A stretch of DNA of 64,000 nucleotides from Escherichia coli (GTDB lineage: Bacteria > Pseudomonadota > Gammaproteobacteria > Enterobacterales > Enterobacteriaceae). Every line of letters starts with the position of its first letter. Positions within the stretch are counted from its first letter, which is position 1. The translations under genes were made by a program, and so were the position numbers. The notes beneath the pieces were generated by a model. That model was not told where the DNA came from. It made no database searches and worked only from the letters and a program-made list of their open reading frames with translations. The stretch lies in the NCBI RefSeq assembly GCF_044324785.1, contig NZ_CP172127.1. One strand, written 5' to 3'. Below, piece by piece: positions 7,731 to 18,005 of this stretch.

Positions 7731-9269
7731 ATGCAACAACCTGTAGTTCGCGTTGGCGAATGGCTTGTTACTCCGTCCATAAACCAAATTAGCCGCAATG
7801 GGCGTCAACTTACCCTTGAGCCGAGATTAATCGATCTTCTGGTTTTCTTTGCTCAACACAGTGGCGAAGTACTTAGCAGGGATGAACTTATCGATAATGT
7901 CTGGAAGAGAAGTATTGTCACCAATCACGTTGTGACGCAGAGTATCTCAGAACTACGTAAGTCATTAAAAGATAATGATGAAGATAGTCCTGTCTATATC
8001 GCTACTGTACCAAAGCGCGGCTATAAATTAATGGTGCCGGTTATCTGGTACAGCGAAGAAGAGGGAGAGGAAATAATGCTATCTTCGCCTCCCCCTATAC
8101 CAGAGGCGGTTCCTGACACAGCTTCTCCCTCCCACAGTCTTAACATTCAAAACACCGCAACACCACCTGAACAATCCCCTGTTAAAAGCAAACGATTCAC
8201 TACCTTTTGGGTATGGTTTTTTTTCCTGTTGTCGTTAGGTATCTGTGTAGCACTGGTAGCGTTTTCAAGTCTTGATACACGTCTTCCTATGAGCAAATCG
8301 CGTATTTTGCTCAATCCACGCGATATTGACATTAATATGGTTAATAAGAGTTGTAACAGCTGGAGTTCTCCGTATCAGCTCTCTTACGCGATAGGCGTGG
8401 GTGATTTGGTGGCGACATCACTTAACACCTTCTCCACCTTTATGGTGCATGACAAAATCAACTACAACATTGATGAACCGAGCAGTTCCGGTAAAACATT
8501 ATCTATTGCGTTTGTTAATCAGCGCCAATACCGTGCTCAACAATGCTTTATGTCGGTAAAATTGGTAGACAATGCAGATGGTTCAACCATGCTGGATAAA
8601 CGTTATGTCATCACTAACGGTAATCAGCTGGCGATTCAAAATGATTTACTCCAGAGTTTATCAAAAGCGTTAAACCAACCATGGCCACAACGAATGCAGG
8701 AGATGCTCCAGCAAATTTTGCCGCATCGTGGTGCGTTATTAACTAATTTTTATCAGGCACATGATTATTTACTGCATGGTGATGATAAATCATTGGATCG
8801 TGCCAGTGAATTATTAGGTGAGATTGTTCAATCATCCCCAGAATTTACCTACGCGAGAGCAGAAAAAGCATTAGTTGATATCGTGCGCCATTCTCAACAT
8901 CCTTTAGCCGAAAAACAATTAGCAGCACTGAACACAGAAATAGATAACATTGTTACACTGCCGGAATTGAACAACCTGTCCATTATATATCAAATAAAAG
9001 CGGTCAGTGCCCTGGTAAAAGGTAAAACAGATGAGTCTTATCAGGCGATAAATACTGGCATTGATCTTGAAATGTCCTGGCTAAATTATGTGTTGCTTGG
9101 CAAGGTTTATGAAATGAAGGGGATGAACCGGGAAGCAGCTGATGCATATCTCACCGCCTTTAATTTACGCCCAGGGGCAAACACCCTTTACTGGATTGAA
9201 AATGGTATATTCCAGACTTCTGTTCCTTATGTTGTACCTTATCTCGACAAATTTCTCGCTTCAGAATAA
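7731..9269 (+). CDS. cadC: CadC, membrane-integrated ToxR-like transcriptional activator of the cad operon
   Basis: 512 aa, recognised as E. coli CadC; synteny with cadBA. Confidence 0.95.
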   Translation: MQQPVVRVGEWLVTPSINQISRNGRQLTLEPRLIDLLVFFAQHSGEVLSRDELIDNVWKRSIVTNHVVTQSISELRKSLKDNDEDSPVYIATVPKRGYKLMVPVIWYSEEEGEEIMLSSPPPIPEAVPDTASPSHSLNIQNTATPPEQSPVKSKRFTTFWVWFFFLLSLGICVALVAFSSLDTRLPMSKSRILLNPRDIDINMVNKSCNSWSSPYQLSYAIGVGDLVATSLNTFSTFMVHDKINYNIDEPSSSGKTLSIAFVNQRQYRAQQCFMSVKLVDNADGSTMLDKRYVITNGNQLAIQNDLLQSLSKALNQPWPQRMQEMLQQILPHRGALLTNFYQAHDYLLHGDDKSLDRASELLGEIVQSSPEFTYARAEKALVDIVRHSQHPLAEKQLAALNTEIDNIVTLPELNNLSIIYQIKAVSALVKGKTDESYQAINTGIDLEMSWLNYVLLGKVYEMKGMNREAADAYLTAFNLRPGANTLYWIENGIFQTSVPYVVPYLDKFLASE

Positions 9270-9634
9270 GTAACTCCCGGGTTGATTCATACTCGGGAAT
9301 ATTTGTTGTTGAGCTTTTGTATGTTTCTGTTGGTATAATATGTTGCGGCAATTTATTTGCCGCATAATTTTCATTACATAAATTTAACCAAAGAATGTTC
9401 CGCAATCCATTGTAAACATTGAATGTTTATCTTTTCATGATATCAACTTGCGATCCTGATGTGTTAATAAAAAACCTCAAGTTCTCACTTACAGAAACTT
9501 TTGTGTTATTTCACCTAATCTTTAGGATTAATCCTTTTTTCGTGAGTATTCTTAGCGCCAGTTTGGTCTGGTCAGGAAATAGTTATACATCATGACCCGG
9601 ACTCCAAATTCAAAAATGAAATTAGGAGAAGAGC
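9270..9634 (+). promoter_or_regulatory. Pcad regulatory region (cadBA promoter; CadC and H-NS binding region)
   Basis: AT-rich 365-bp intergenic region between cadC and cadB; site positions not resolved. Confidence 0.5.
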
Positions 9635-10969
9635 ATGAGTTCTGCCAAGAAGATCGGGCTATTTGCCTGTACCGGTGTTGTTGCCGGTAATATGATGGGG
9701 AGCGGTATTGCATTATTACCTGCGAACCTAGCAAGTATCGGTGGTATTGCTATCTGGGGTTGGATTATCTCTATTATTGGTGCAATGTCGCTGGCATATG
9801 TATATGCCCGACTGGCAACAAAAAACCCGCAACAAGGTGGCCCAATTGCTTATGCCGGAGAAATTTCCCCTGCATTTGGTTTTCAGACAGGTGTTCTTTA
9901 TTACCATGCTAACTGGATTGGTAACCTGGCGATTGGTATTACCGCTGTATCTTATCTTTCCACCTTCTTCCCAGTATTAAATGATCCTGTTCCGGCGGGT
10001 ATCGCCTGTATTGCTATCGTCTGGGTATTTACCTTTGTAAATATGCTCGGCGGTACCTGGGTAAGCCGTTTAACCACTATTGGTCTGGTGCTGGTTCTTA
10101 TTCCTGTGGTTATGACTGCTATTGTTGGCTGGCATTGGTTTGATGCTGCGACTTATGCCGCTAACTGGAATACTGCGGATACCACCGATGGTCATGCGAT
10201 CATTAAAAGTATTCTGCTCTGCCTGTGGGCCTTCGTGGGTGTTGAATCCGCAGCTGTAAGTACTGGTATGGTTAAAAACCCGAAACGTACCGTTCCGCTG
10301 GCAACCATGCTGGGTACTGGTTTAGCAGGTATTGTTTATATCGCTGCGACTCAGGTGCTTTCCGGTATGTATCCGTCTTCTGTAATGGCAGCTTCCGGTG
10401 CTCCGTTTGCAATCAGTGCTTCAACTATCCTCGGTAACTGGGCTGCGCCGCTGGTTTCTGCATTCACCGCCTTTGCGTGCCTGACTTCTCTGGGCTCCTG
10501 GATGATGTTGGTAGGCCAGGCAGGTGTACGTGCCGCTAACGACGGTAACTTCCCGAAAGTTTATGGTGAAGTCGACAGCAACGGTATTCCGAAAAAAGGT
10601 CTGCTGCTGGCTGCAGTGAAAATGACTGCCCTGATGATCCTCATCACTCTGATGAACTCTGCCGGTGGTAAAGCATCTGACCTGTTCGGTGAACTGACCG
10701 GTATCGCAGTACTGCTGACTATGCTGCCGTACTTCTACTCTTGCGTTGACCTGATTCGTTTTGAAGGCGTTAACATCCGCAACTTTGTCAGCCTGATCTG
10801 CTCTGTACTGGGTTGCGTGTTCTGCTTCATCGCGCTGATGGGCGCAAGCTCCTTCGAGCTGGCAGGTACCTTCATCGTCAGCCTGATTATCCTGATGTTC
10901 TACGCTCGCAAAATGCACGAGCGCCAGAGCCACTCAATGGATAACCACACAGCGTCTAACGCACATTAA
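9635..10969 (+). CDS. cadB: Lysine:cadaverine antiporter
   Basis: 444 aa polytopic membrane protein matching CadB. Confidence 0.95.
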   Translation: MSSAKKIGLFACTGVVAGNMMGSGIALLPANLASIGGIAIWGWIISIIGAMSLAYVYARLATKNPQQGGPIAYAGEISPAFGFQTGVLYYHANWIGNLAIGITAVSYLSTFFPVLNDPVPAGIACIAIVWVFTFVNMLGGTWVSRLTTIGLVLVLIPVVMTAIVGWHWFDAATYAANWNTADTTDGHAIIKSILLCLWAFVGVESAAVSTGMVKNPKRTVPLATMLGTGLAGIVYIAATQVLSGMYPSSVMAASGAPFAISASTILGNWAAPLVSAFTAFACLTSLGSWMMLVGQAGVRAANDGNFPKVYGEVDSNGIPKKGLLLAAVKMTALMILITLMNSAGGKASDLFGELTGIAVLLTMLPYFYSCVDLIRFEGVNIRNFVSLICSVLGCVFCFIALMGASSFELAGTFIVSLIILMFYARKMHERQSHSMDNHTASNAH

Positions 10970-11048
10970 TTAAAAGTATTTTCCGAGGCTCCTCCTTTCA
11001 TTTTGTCCCATGTGTTGGGAGGGGCCTTTTTTACCTGGAGATATGACT

Positions 11049-13196
11049 ATGAACGTTATTGCAATATTGAATCACATGGGGGTTTATTTTAAAGAAGAAC
11101 CCATCCGTGAACTTCATCGCGCGCTTGAACGTCTGAACTTCCAGATTGTTTACCCGAACGACCGTGACGACTTATTAAAACTGATCGAAAACAATGCGCG
11201 TCTGTGCGGCGTTATTTTTGACTGGGATAAATATAATCTCGAGCTGTGCGAAGAAATTAGCAAAATGAACGAGAACCTGCCGTTGTACGCGTTCGCTAAT
11301 ACGTATTCCACTCTCGATGTAAGCCTGAACGATCTGCGTTTACAGATTAGCTTCTTTGAATATGCGCTGGGTGCTGCTGAAGATATTGCTAATAAGATCA
11401 AGCAGACCACTGACGAATATATCAACACTATTCTGCCTCCGCTGACCAAAGCACTGTTTAAATATGTTCGTGAAGGTAAATATACTTTCTGTACTCCTGG
11501 TCACATGGGCGGTACTGCATTCCAGAAAAGCCCGGTAGGTAGCCTGTTCTATGATTTCTTTGGTCCGAACACCATGAAATCTGATATTTCCATTTCAGTA
11601 TCTGAACTGGGTTCTCTGCTGGATCACAGTGGTCCACACAAAGAAGCAGAACAGTATATCGCTCGCGTCTTTAACGCAGACCGCAGCTACATGGTGACCA
11701 ACGGTACTTCCACTGCGAACAAAATTGTTGGTATGTACTCTGCTCCGGCAGGCAGCACCATTCTGATTGACCGTAACTGCCACAAATCGCTGACCCACCT
11801 GATGATGATGAGCGATGTTACGCCAATCTATTTCCGCCCGACCCGTAACGCTTACGGTATTCTTGGTGGTATCCCACAGAGTGAATTCCAGCACGCTACC
11901 ATTGCTAAGCGCGTGAAAGAAACACCAAACGCAACCTGGCCGGTACATGCTGTAATTACCAACTCTACCTATGATGGTCTGCTGTACAACACCGACTTCA
12001 TCAAGAAAACACTGGATGTGAAATCCATCCACTTTGACTCCGCGTGGGTGCCTTACACCAACTTCTCACCGATTTACGAAGGTAAATGCGGTATGAGCGG
12101 TGGCCGTGTAGAAGGGAAAGTGATTTACGAAACCCAGTCTACTCACAAACTGCTGGCGGCGTTCTCTCAGGCTTCCATGATCCACGTTAAAGGTGACGTA
12201 AACGAAGAAACCTTTAACGAAGCCTACATGATGCACACCACCACTTCTCCGCACTACGGTATCGTGGCGTCCACTGAAACCGCTGCGGCGATGATGAAAG
12301 GCAATGCAGGTAAGCGTCTGATCAACGGTTCCATTGAACGTGCGATCAAATTCCGTAAAGAGATCAAACGTCTGAGAACGGAATCTGATGGCTGGTTCTT
12401 TGATGTATGGCAGCCGGATCATATCGATACGACTGAATGCTGGCCGCTGCGTTCTGACAGCACCTGGCACGGCTTCAAAAACATCGATAACGAGCACATG
12501 TATCTTGACCCGATCAAAGTCACCCTGCTGACTCCGGGGATGGAAAAAGACGGCACCATGAGCGACTTCGGTATTCCGGCCAGCATCGTGGCGAAATACC
12601 TCGACGAACATGGCATCGTTGTTGAGAAAACCGGTCCGTATAACCTGCTGTTCCTGTTCAGCATCGGTATCGATAAGACCAAAGCACTGAGCCTGCTGCG
12701 TGCTCTGACAGACTTCAAACGTGCGTTCGATCTGAACCTGCGTGTGAAAAACATGCTGCCGTCTCTGTATCGTGAAGATCCTGAATTCTATGAAAACATG
12801 CGTATTCAGGAACTGGCTCAGAATATCCACAAACTGATTGTTCACCACAATCTGCCGGATCTGATGTATCGCGCATTTGAAGTTCTGCCGACCATGGTAA
12901 TGACTCCGTATGCTGCGTTCCAGAAAGAGCTGCACGGTATGACCGAAGAAGTTTACCTCGACGAAATGGTAGGTCGTATTAACGCCAATATGATCCTTCC
13001 GTATCCGCCGGGAGTTCCTCTGGTAATGCCGGGTGAAATGATCACCGAAGAAAGCCGTCCGGTTCTGGAGTTCCTGCAGATGCTGTGTGAAATCGGCGCT
13101 CACTATCCGGGCTTTGAAACCGATATTCACGGTGCATACCGTCAGGCTGATGGCCGCTATACCGTTAAGGTATTGAAAGAAGAAAGCAAAAAATAA
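11049..13196 (+). CDS. cadA: Inducible lysine decarboxylase
   Basis: 715 aa from MNVIAILNHM; PLP-lysine region STHKLL; ORF track start at 11010 is an upstream in-frame extension. Confidence 0.95.
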   Translation: MNVIAILNHMGVYFKEEPIRELHRALERLNFQIVYPNDRDDLLKLIENNARLCGVIFDWDKYNLELCEEISKMNENLPLYAFANTYSTLDVSLNDLRLQISFFEYALGAAEDIANKIKQTTDEYINTILPPLTKALFKYVREGKYTFCTPGHMGGTAFQKSPVGSLFYDFFGPNTMKSDISISVSELGSLLDHSGPHKEAEQYIARVFNADRSYMVTNGTSTANKIVGMYSAPAGSTILIDRNCHKSLTHLMMMSDVTPIYFRPTRNAYGILGGIPQSEFQHATIAKRVKETPNATWPVHAVITNSTYDGLLYNTDFIKKTLDVKSIHFDSAWVPYTNFSPIYEGKCGMSGGRVEGKVIYETQSTHKLLAAFSQASMIHVKGDVNEETFNEAYMMHTTTSPHYGIVASTETAAAMMKGNAGKRLINGSIERAIKFRKEIKRLRTESDGWFFDVWQPDHIDTTECWPLRSDSTWHGFKNIDNEHMYLDPIKVTLLTPGMEKDGTMSDFGIPASIVAKYLDEHGIVVEKTGPYNLLFLFSIGIDKTKALSLLRALTDFKRAFDLNLRVKNMLPSLYREDPEFYENMRIQELAQNIHKLIVHHNLPDLMYRAFEVLPTMVMTPYAAFQKELHGMTEEVYLDEMVGRINANMILPYPPGVPLVMPGEMITEESRPVLEFLQMLCEIGAHYPGFETDIHGAYRQADGRYTVKVLKEESKK

Positions 13197-13209
13197 TTAG
13201 CTCGTACAA

Positions 13210-13238
13210 GGGAAGTGGCTTGCCACTTCCCTTTTTTG
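13210..13238 (+). terminator. Rho-independent terminator after cadA
   Basis: gggaagtgg cttg ccacttccc hairpin followed by ttttttg. Confidence 0.5.
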
Positions 13239-13254
13239 CTCATAAGGAGAACAC

Positions 13255-14712
13255 ATGAAAACACCCTCACAGCCGCGCGCGATATACTATATCGTGGCGA
13301 TCCAAATCTGGGAGTACTTCAGTTTTTACGGCATGCGTGCCTTACTCATTCTCTATCTCACCCATCAGCTTGGTTTTGATGATAACCATGCCATCAGCCT
13401 GTTCAGCGCATATGCTTCTCTGGTTTACGTTACCCCTATTCTCGGCGGCTGGCTTGCCGACCGCCTGCTCGGCAACCGCACTGCAGTGATTGCCGGCGCG
13501 CTGTTAATGACCCTTGGCCATGTGGTGCTGGGCATTGATACAAATTCAACTTTTAGCCTGTATCTGGCGCTGGCTATCATTATTTGTGGCTACGGTTTAT
13601 TCAAATCAAACATCAGCTGTTTACTTGGCGAGCTCTACGACGAGAACGATCATCGACGTGATGGCGGTTTTTCGCTGCTGTATGCTGCAGGCAATATCGG
13701 TTCTATCGCCGCCCCCATCGCCTGCGGCCTGGCTGCTCAGTGGTATGGATGGCATGTTGGCTTTGCCCTTGCGGGTGGCGGCATGTTTATCGGTTTGTTG
13801 ATTTTCTTAAGCGGTCATCGTCATTTCCAGTCCACGCGTAGTATGGATAAGAAAGCGCTCACTAGCGTCAAATTTGCCTTACCAGTATGGAGCTGGTTAG
13901 TGGTGATGCTCTGTTTAGCCCCAGTATTTTTTACCCTGCTGCTGGAGAACGACTGGTCCGGATATTTGCTGGCGATCGTTTGCCTCATTGCAGCACAAAT
14001 CATTGCCCGCATGATGATCAAATTCCCCGAACACCGCCGTGCTCTTTGGCAAATTGTATTGTTGATGTTTGTCGGGACGTTGTTCTGGGTACTGGCACAA
14101 CAGGGCGGCAGTACCATCAGCTTGTTTATCGATCGCTTTGTGAATCGTCAGGCATTCAATATTGAAGTACCTACAGCACTATTCCAGTCGGTGAATGCCA
14201 TTGCGGTGATGCTCGCTGGGGTTGTTCTGGCCTGGCTGGCGTCGCCAGAAAGCCGCGGCAATTCAGCATTGCGCGTCTGGCTGAAGTTTGCCTTTGGCTT
14301 ACTGCTGATGGCTTGTGGCTTTATGTTGCTGGCATTTGATGCCCGACATGCAGCGGCTGGCGGTCAAGCGTCAATGGGCGTGATGGTATCCGGGCTGGCG
14401 CTAATGGGCTTTGCTGAACTCTTTATTGACCCGGTGGCGATTGCGCAAATCACGCGTCTGAAAATGTCTGGCGTATTAACCGGTATTTATATGCTGGCAA
14501 CAGGCGCGGTCGCCAACTGGCTGGCAGGCGTCGTGGCACAGCAGACGACAGAGTCGCAAATTAGCGGTATGGCAATTGCCGCTTACCAGCGATTCTTTTC
14601 TCAGATGGGAGAGTGGACGTTGGCTTGTGTCGCGATCATCGTGGTATTGGCCTTTGCTACCCGTTTTCTGTTTAGCACGCCGACGAATATGATACAGGAG
14701 AGCAACGATTAA
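13255..14712 (+). CDS. dtpC: Proton-dependent di/tripeptide transporter DtpC (YjdL)
   Basis: 485 aa POT-family transporter in the K-12 position between cadA and lysU. Confidence 0.9.
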   Translation: MKTPSQPRAIYYIVAIQIWEYFSFYGMRALLILYLTHQLGFDDNHAISLFSAYASLVYVTPILGGWLADRLLGNRTAVIAGALLMTLGHVVLGIDTNSTFSLYLALAIIICGYGLFKSNISCLLGELYDENDHRRDGGFSLLYAAGNIGSIAAPIACGLAAQWYGWHVGFALAGGGMFIGLLIFLSGHRHFQSTRSMDKKALTSVKFALPVWSWLVVMLCLAPVFFTLLLENDWSGYLLAIVCLIAAQIIARMMIKFPEHRRALWQIVLLMFVGTLFWVLAQQGGSTISLFIDRFVNRQAFNIEVPTALFQSVNAIAVMLAGVVLAWLASPESRGNSALRVWLKFAFGLLLMACGFMLLAFDARHAAAGGQASMGVMVSGLALMGFAELFIDPVAIAQITRLKMSGVLTGIYMLATGAVANWLAGVVAQQTTESQISGMAIAAYQRFFSQMGEWTLACVAIIVVLAFATRFLFSTPTNMIQESND

Positions 14713-14948
14713 CTGTCGTAAAAACAATTGGTTATGAATAAATTAACTTTCAGTTTATCACACTAGCAAATCGAGATTAATAAGTCATTTAAACCATTTT
14801 TATGGTTATTTATTAGTGATATCAACTTGAGGTAAGCGTTAGTTTCGATAAGATAAACTGAGTTATTAATAGTCGAGGCAGATAATACAGTGTACCGATC
14901 TGTCTCTTTATCTACGCTAAATTGAAAGCTGGATTTAGAGGAACCAAA

Positions 14949-16466
14949 ATGTCTGAACGAGAAACACGGGGAGCCAATGAGGCTATTGATTTTAACGATG
15001 AACTGAGAAATCGCCGCGAAAAACTGGCGGCACTACGTCAGCAAGGTGTGGCGTTTCCCAATGATTTTCGCCGCGACCATACCTCTGACAAGTTGCACGA
15101 AGAGTTTGATGCGAAGGATAACCAGGAACTGGAATCCTTAAACATTGAAGTCTCGGTTGCTGGCCGAATGATGACCCGTCGTATCATGGGGAAAGCCTCC
15201 TTTGTAACGTTGCAGGATGTCGGTGGCCGTATTCAACTGTACGTTGCAAGAGATAGCCTGCCAGAAGGTGTTTATAACGATCAGTTTAAAAAATGGGATC
15301 TGGGTGACATTATCGGTGCCCGCGGTACGCTGTTTAAGACGCAAACGGGTGAGCTTTCCATTCACTGTACTGAGCTGCGCCTGCTGACTAAAGCACTACG
15401 TCCTTTACCAGATAAATTCCATGGTCTGCAGGATCAGGAAGTCCGTTATCGTCAACGTTATCTGGACCTCATCGCTAACGATAAATCCCGTCAAACGTTT
15501 GTTGTCCGTTCAAAAATTCTGGCCGCTATCCGTCAGTTCATGGTCGCGCGCGGCTTTATGGAAGTAGAAACCCCGATGATGCAGGTAATTCCAGGTGGGG
15601 CATCTGCTCGCCCGTTTATTACCCATCATAACGCTCTGGATTTAGATATGTACCTGCGTATCGCGCCGGAGCTGTATCTGAAACGTCTGGTTGTAGGCGG
15701 TTTTGAACGGGTATTCGAAATCAACCGTAACTTCCGTAATGAAGGTATTTCTGTTCGCCATAATCCTGAGTTCACAATGATGGAACTCTACATGGCGTAT
15801 GCGGATTACCACGATTTGATTGAACTGACGGAGTCACTGTTCCGCACCCTGGCACAAGAGGTTCTGGGTACCACTAAAGTCACTTATGGCGAGCATGTGT
15901 TTGATTTCGGCAAACCGTTTGAAAAACTCACCATGCGCGAAGCAATCAAAAAATATCGTCCAGAAACCGATATGGCCGACCTGGATAATTTTGATGCTGC
16001 TAAAGCATTAGCTGAATCTATCGGAATTACGGTAGAGAAAAGCTGGGGTCTGGGACGTATTGTTACGGAGATCTTTGATGAAGTGGCAGAAGCACATCTG
16101 ATTCAGCCAACCTTTATTACGGAATATCCGGCAGAAGTGTCCCCGCTGGCGCGCCGTAATGATGTTAACCCGGAAATCACCGACCGTTTTGAATTCTTCA
16201 TCGGTGGTCGTGAAATCGGTAATGGTTTTAGCGAATTAAACGATGCAGAAGATCAGGCTGAACGTTTCCAGGAACAGGTTAACGCTAAAGCTGCAGGTGA
16301 CGACGAAGCCATGTTCTATGACGAAGATTACGTGACTGCGCTGGAATATGGTCTGCCGCCAACCGCTGGTCTGGGTATTGGTATCGACCGAATGATTATG
16401 CTGTTTACAAACAGTCATACTATTCGCGACGTTATTCTCTTCCCGGCGATGCGCCCACAGAAATAA
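14949..16466 (+). CDS. lysU: Lysine-tRNA ligase, inducible isoform
   Basis: 505 aa from MSERETRG; class II aaRS; assigned as lysU rather than lysS by genomic context. Confidence 0.9.
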   Translation: MSERETRGANEAIDFNDELRNRREKLAALRQQGVAFPNDFRRDHTSDKLHEEFDAKDNQELESLNIEVSVAGRMMTRRIMGKASFVTLQDVGGRIQLYVARDSLPEGVYNDQFKKWDLGDIIGARGTLFKTQTGELSIHCTELRLLTKALRPLPDKFHGLQDQEVRYRQRYLDLIANDKSRQTFVVRSKILAAIRQFMVARGFMEVETPMMQVIPGGASARPFITHHNALDLDMYLRIAPELYLKRLVVGGFERVFEINRNFRNEGISVRHNPEFTMMELYMAYADYHDLIELTESLFRTLAQEVLGTTKVTYGEHVFDFGKPFEKLTMREAIKKYRPETDMADLDNFDAAKALAESIGITVEKSWGLGRIVTEIFDEVAEAHLIQPTFITEYPAEVSPLARRNDVNPEITDRFEFFIGGREIGNGFSELNDAEDQAERFQEQVNAKAAGDDEAMFYDEDYVTALEYGLPPTAGLGIGIDRMIMLFTNSHTIRDVILFPAMRPQK

Positions 16467-16480
16467 ATTTCACTTTAATG

Positions 16481-16515
16481 AACGAAGCAGTCAGGCGACT
16501 GCTTCGTTCGTCGTT
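16481..16515. terminator. Hairpin between convergent lysU and ghoT
   Basis: aacgaagcagtc aggc gactgcttcgtt perfect 12-bp stem. Confidence 0.4.
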
Positions 16516-16584
16516 CCGCAAATCCAGTTTTGAGGAGAGACGCTTCGTTTCACGATAACCAGCGGGTCCACTCAACTACAGCTC

Positions 16585-16758
16585 CTAAAAGAGAGAAAAA
16601 AGTAATGCCACAGGCAGACTCATTGGCCAGGTTATTCCTACCAGGAATGCACTAAGTAAACGAATATGTGTTTTCTCATGTGAGATAAACCAGATAATGA
16701 CAAAGGATATGTTCACACCAATCACATAAAAAATTAATATTTTAGAGAATAGTGCCAT
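16585..16758 (-). CDS. ghoT: GhoT membrane-lytic toxin (type V toxin-antitoxin system)
   Basis: 57-aa ORF translated by hand from the minus strand: MALFSKILIFYVIGVNISFVIIWFISHEKTHIRLLSAFLVGITWPMSLPVALLFSLF; below the ORF-track size cut-off. Confidence 0.8.
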   Translation of the reverse strand: MALFSKILIFYVIGVNISFVIIWFISHEKTHIRLLSAFLVGITWPMSLPVALLFSLF

Positions 16759-16785
16759 TTTTTATGTTCTTCTTATCCTTCCTGG

Positions 16786-17082
16786 CTACTTGTAAAACTG
16801 ACGGAAATAGTCATCAACTGTCATAATGTTGAGGTCAAAGTCAATATCCGGTAAGTCTAAGCATTTAAGCCTGATTAAATCTTCGATTTCACTTGCGGCT
16901 AATGATGTCGTTATTGCGAAGGAATTTTCATTCAATTGTCGTGGTATCCCATATTCATCAGCCACGATAGAGGAGAAATTCATATCATGCATCAATGATC
17001 TTAACCTTAAGAACACTGAGGAATAAGATGATGGATAATCAAAAGAAACAACATAAGTATTGAACTTGTTTTTACCTTCCAT
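16786..17082 (-). CDS. ghoS: GhoS antitoxin, endoribonuclease specific for ghoT mRNA (YjdK)
   Basis: 98 aa, immediately upstream of ghoT on the same strand. Confidence 0.8.
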   Translation of the reverse strand: MEGKNKFNTYVVSFDYPSSYSSVFLRLRSLMHDMNFSSIVADEYGIPRQLNENSFAITTSLAASEIEDLIRLKCLDLPDIDFDLNIMTVDDYFRQFYK

Positions 17083-17310
17083 AATATGACTCCTATCAAT
17101 TTTAAACGCTCTGGGGACGCAAAACTTATTAACCCCGAATGATGATTCTCATATAGGAGATATTCTTTTTTTTTTGCTCAGTAAAGGGGATGACTTGGGA
17201 CAAAAAAACGCTCTCTCTGACCATTCTTTGTGCATCCCCCTACCCTTCAGATGCTCACCTGCATCACACCGCGGAGAGCATGAAAAATATCGTGACTCTG
17301 TACTCTCCCA

Positions 17311-17583
17311 TCAACTGCGAATATCATCATACTCCCGTGTTTTATCAAATTCGTGTTTCGCAAATGGGCATAGTGGGATAATTTTTCGTTTTTCCCGACG
17401 CATTTTTTCCACGACTTTCGCAACCAGCTGTTTACCAATCCCCTGCCCTTTCAGGCTTTCATCGACATCGGTATGTTCGATAATCGCTAAATTCTCTCCG
17501 GTCGGCACAAAGACAATTTCAGCGATTTGCTTGCCCTGTTCGTCATTAATGTAAAATTTATTGTGGCCTTCGCGTATTTCCAT
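17311..17583 (-). CDS. yjdJ: GNAT-family acetyltransferase YjdJ
   Basis: 90 aa; K-12 position. Confidence 0.8.
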   Translation of the reverse strand: MEIREGHNKFYINDEQGKQIAEIVFVPTGENLAIIEHTDVDESLKGQGIGKQLVAKVVEKMRREKRKIIPLCPFAKHEFDKTREYDDIRS

Positions 17584-17594
17584 TTTACCCTCGC

Positions 17595-17825
17595 TTATTT
17601 ATGACGGTATTTCAGCGCGCCGCTCGGGCACGTATCAATCACTTTAACCACAGTGGCAACGTCGACTTCATCCGGCATGATCCACGGCTTTCGTTTGAGA
17701 TTAAATAACTTGCCGTTGCCACGTACGCAATTGCCAGAATGCTGACATATCGCAGTATTGAAATAGACATCGATCTTTTCGCCGGTATAACAGCGATAAC
17801 CCCCGTCCAGTAGCGCCCGATCCAT
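17595..17825 (-). CDS. yjdI: Small Cys-rich protein YjdI (DUF1271)
   Basis: 76 aa with conserved cysteines; K-12 position. Confidence 0.8.
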   Translation of the reverse strand: MDRALLDGGYRCYTGEKIDVYFNTAICQHSGNCVRGNGKLFNLKRKPWIMPDEVDVATVVKVIDTCPSGALKYRHK

Positions 17826-18005
17826 GACCTTCCCTCTCTCATCAGTATGATTATCGCTATAAGCATAGCCCCGGAATCTTCATACAGCACTGGCAGTTTC
17901 CGTTGCCAGAGTCTCTTCCCCTATATAGCCAATCATTCTTACTCCCTTTGAATTACCCGCCTCATCAGAGATAATGCTTAAGAAATTTGTCACACAAGGA
18001 AGCTG

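Noticed and set aside
12066-13130. 354-aa minus-strand ORF inside cadA
   Set aside because: Antisense to a highly conserved, well-recognised gene; composition Arg/His/Phe/Val-rich and not protein-like
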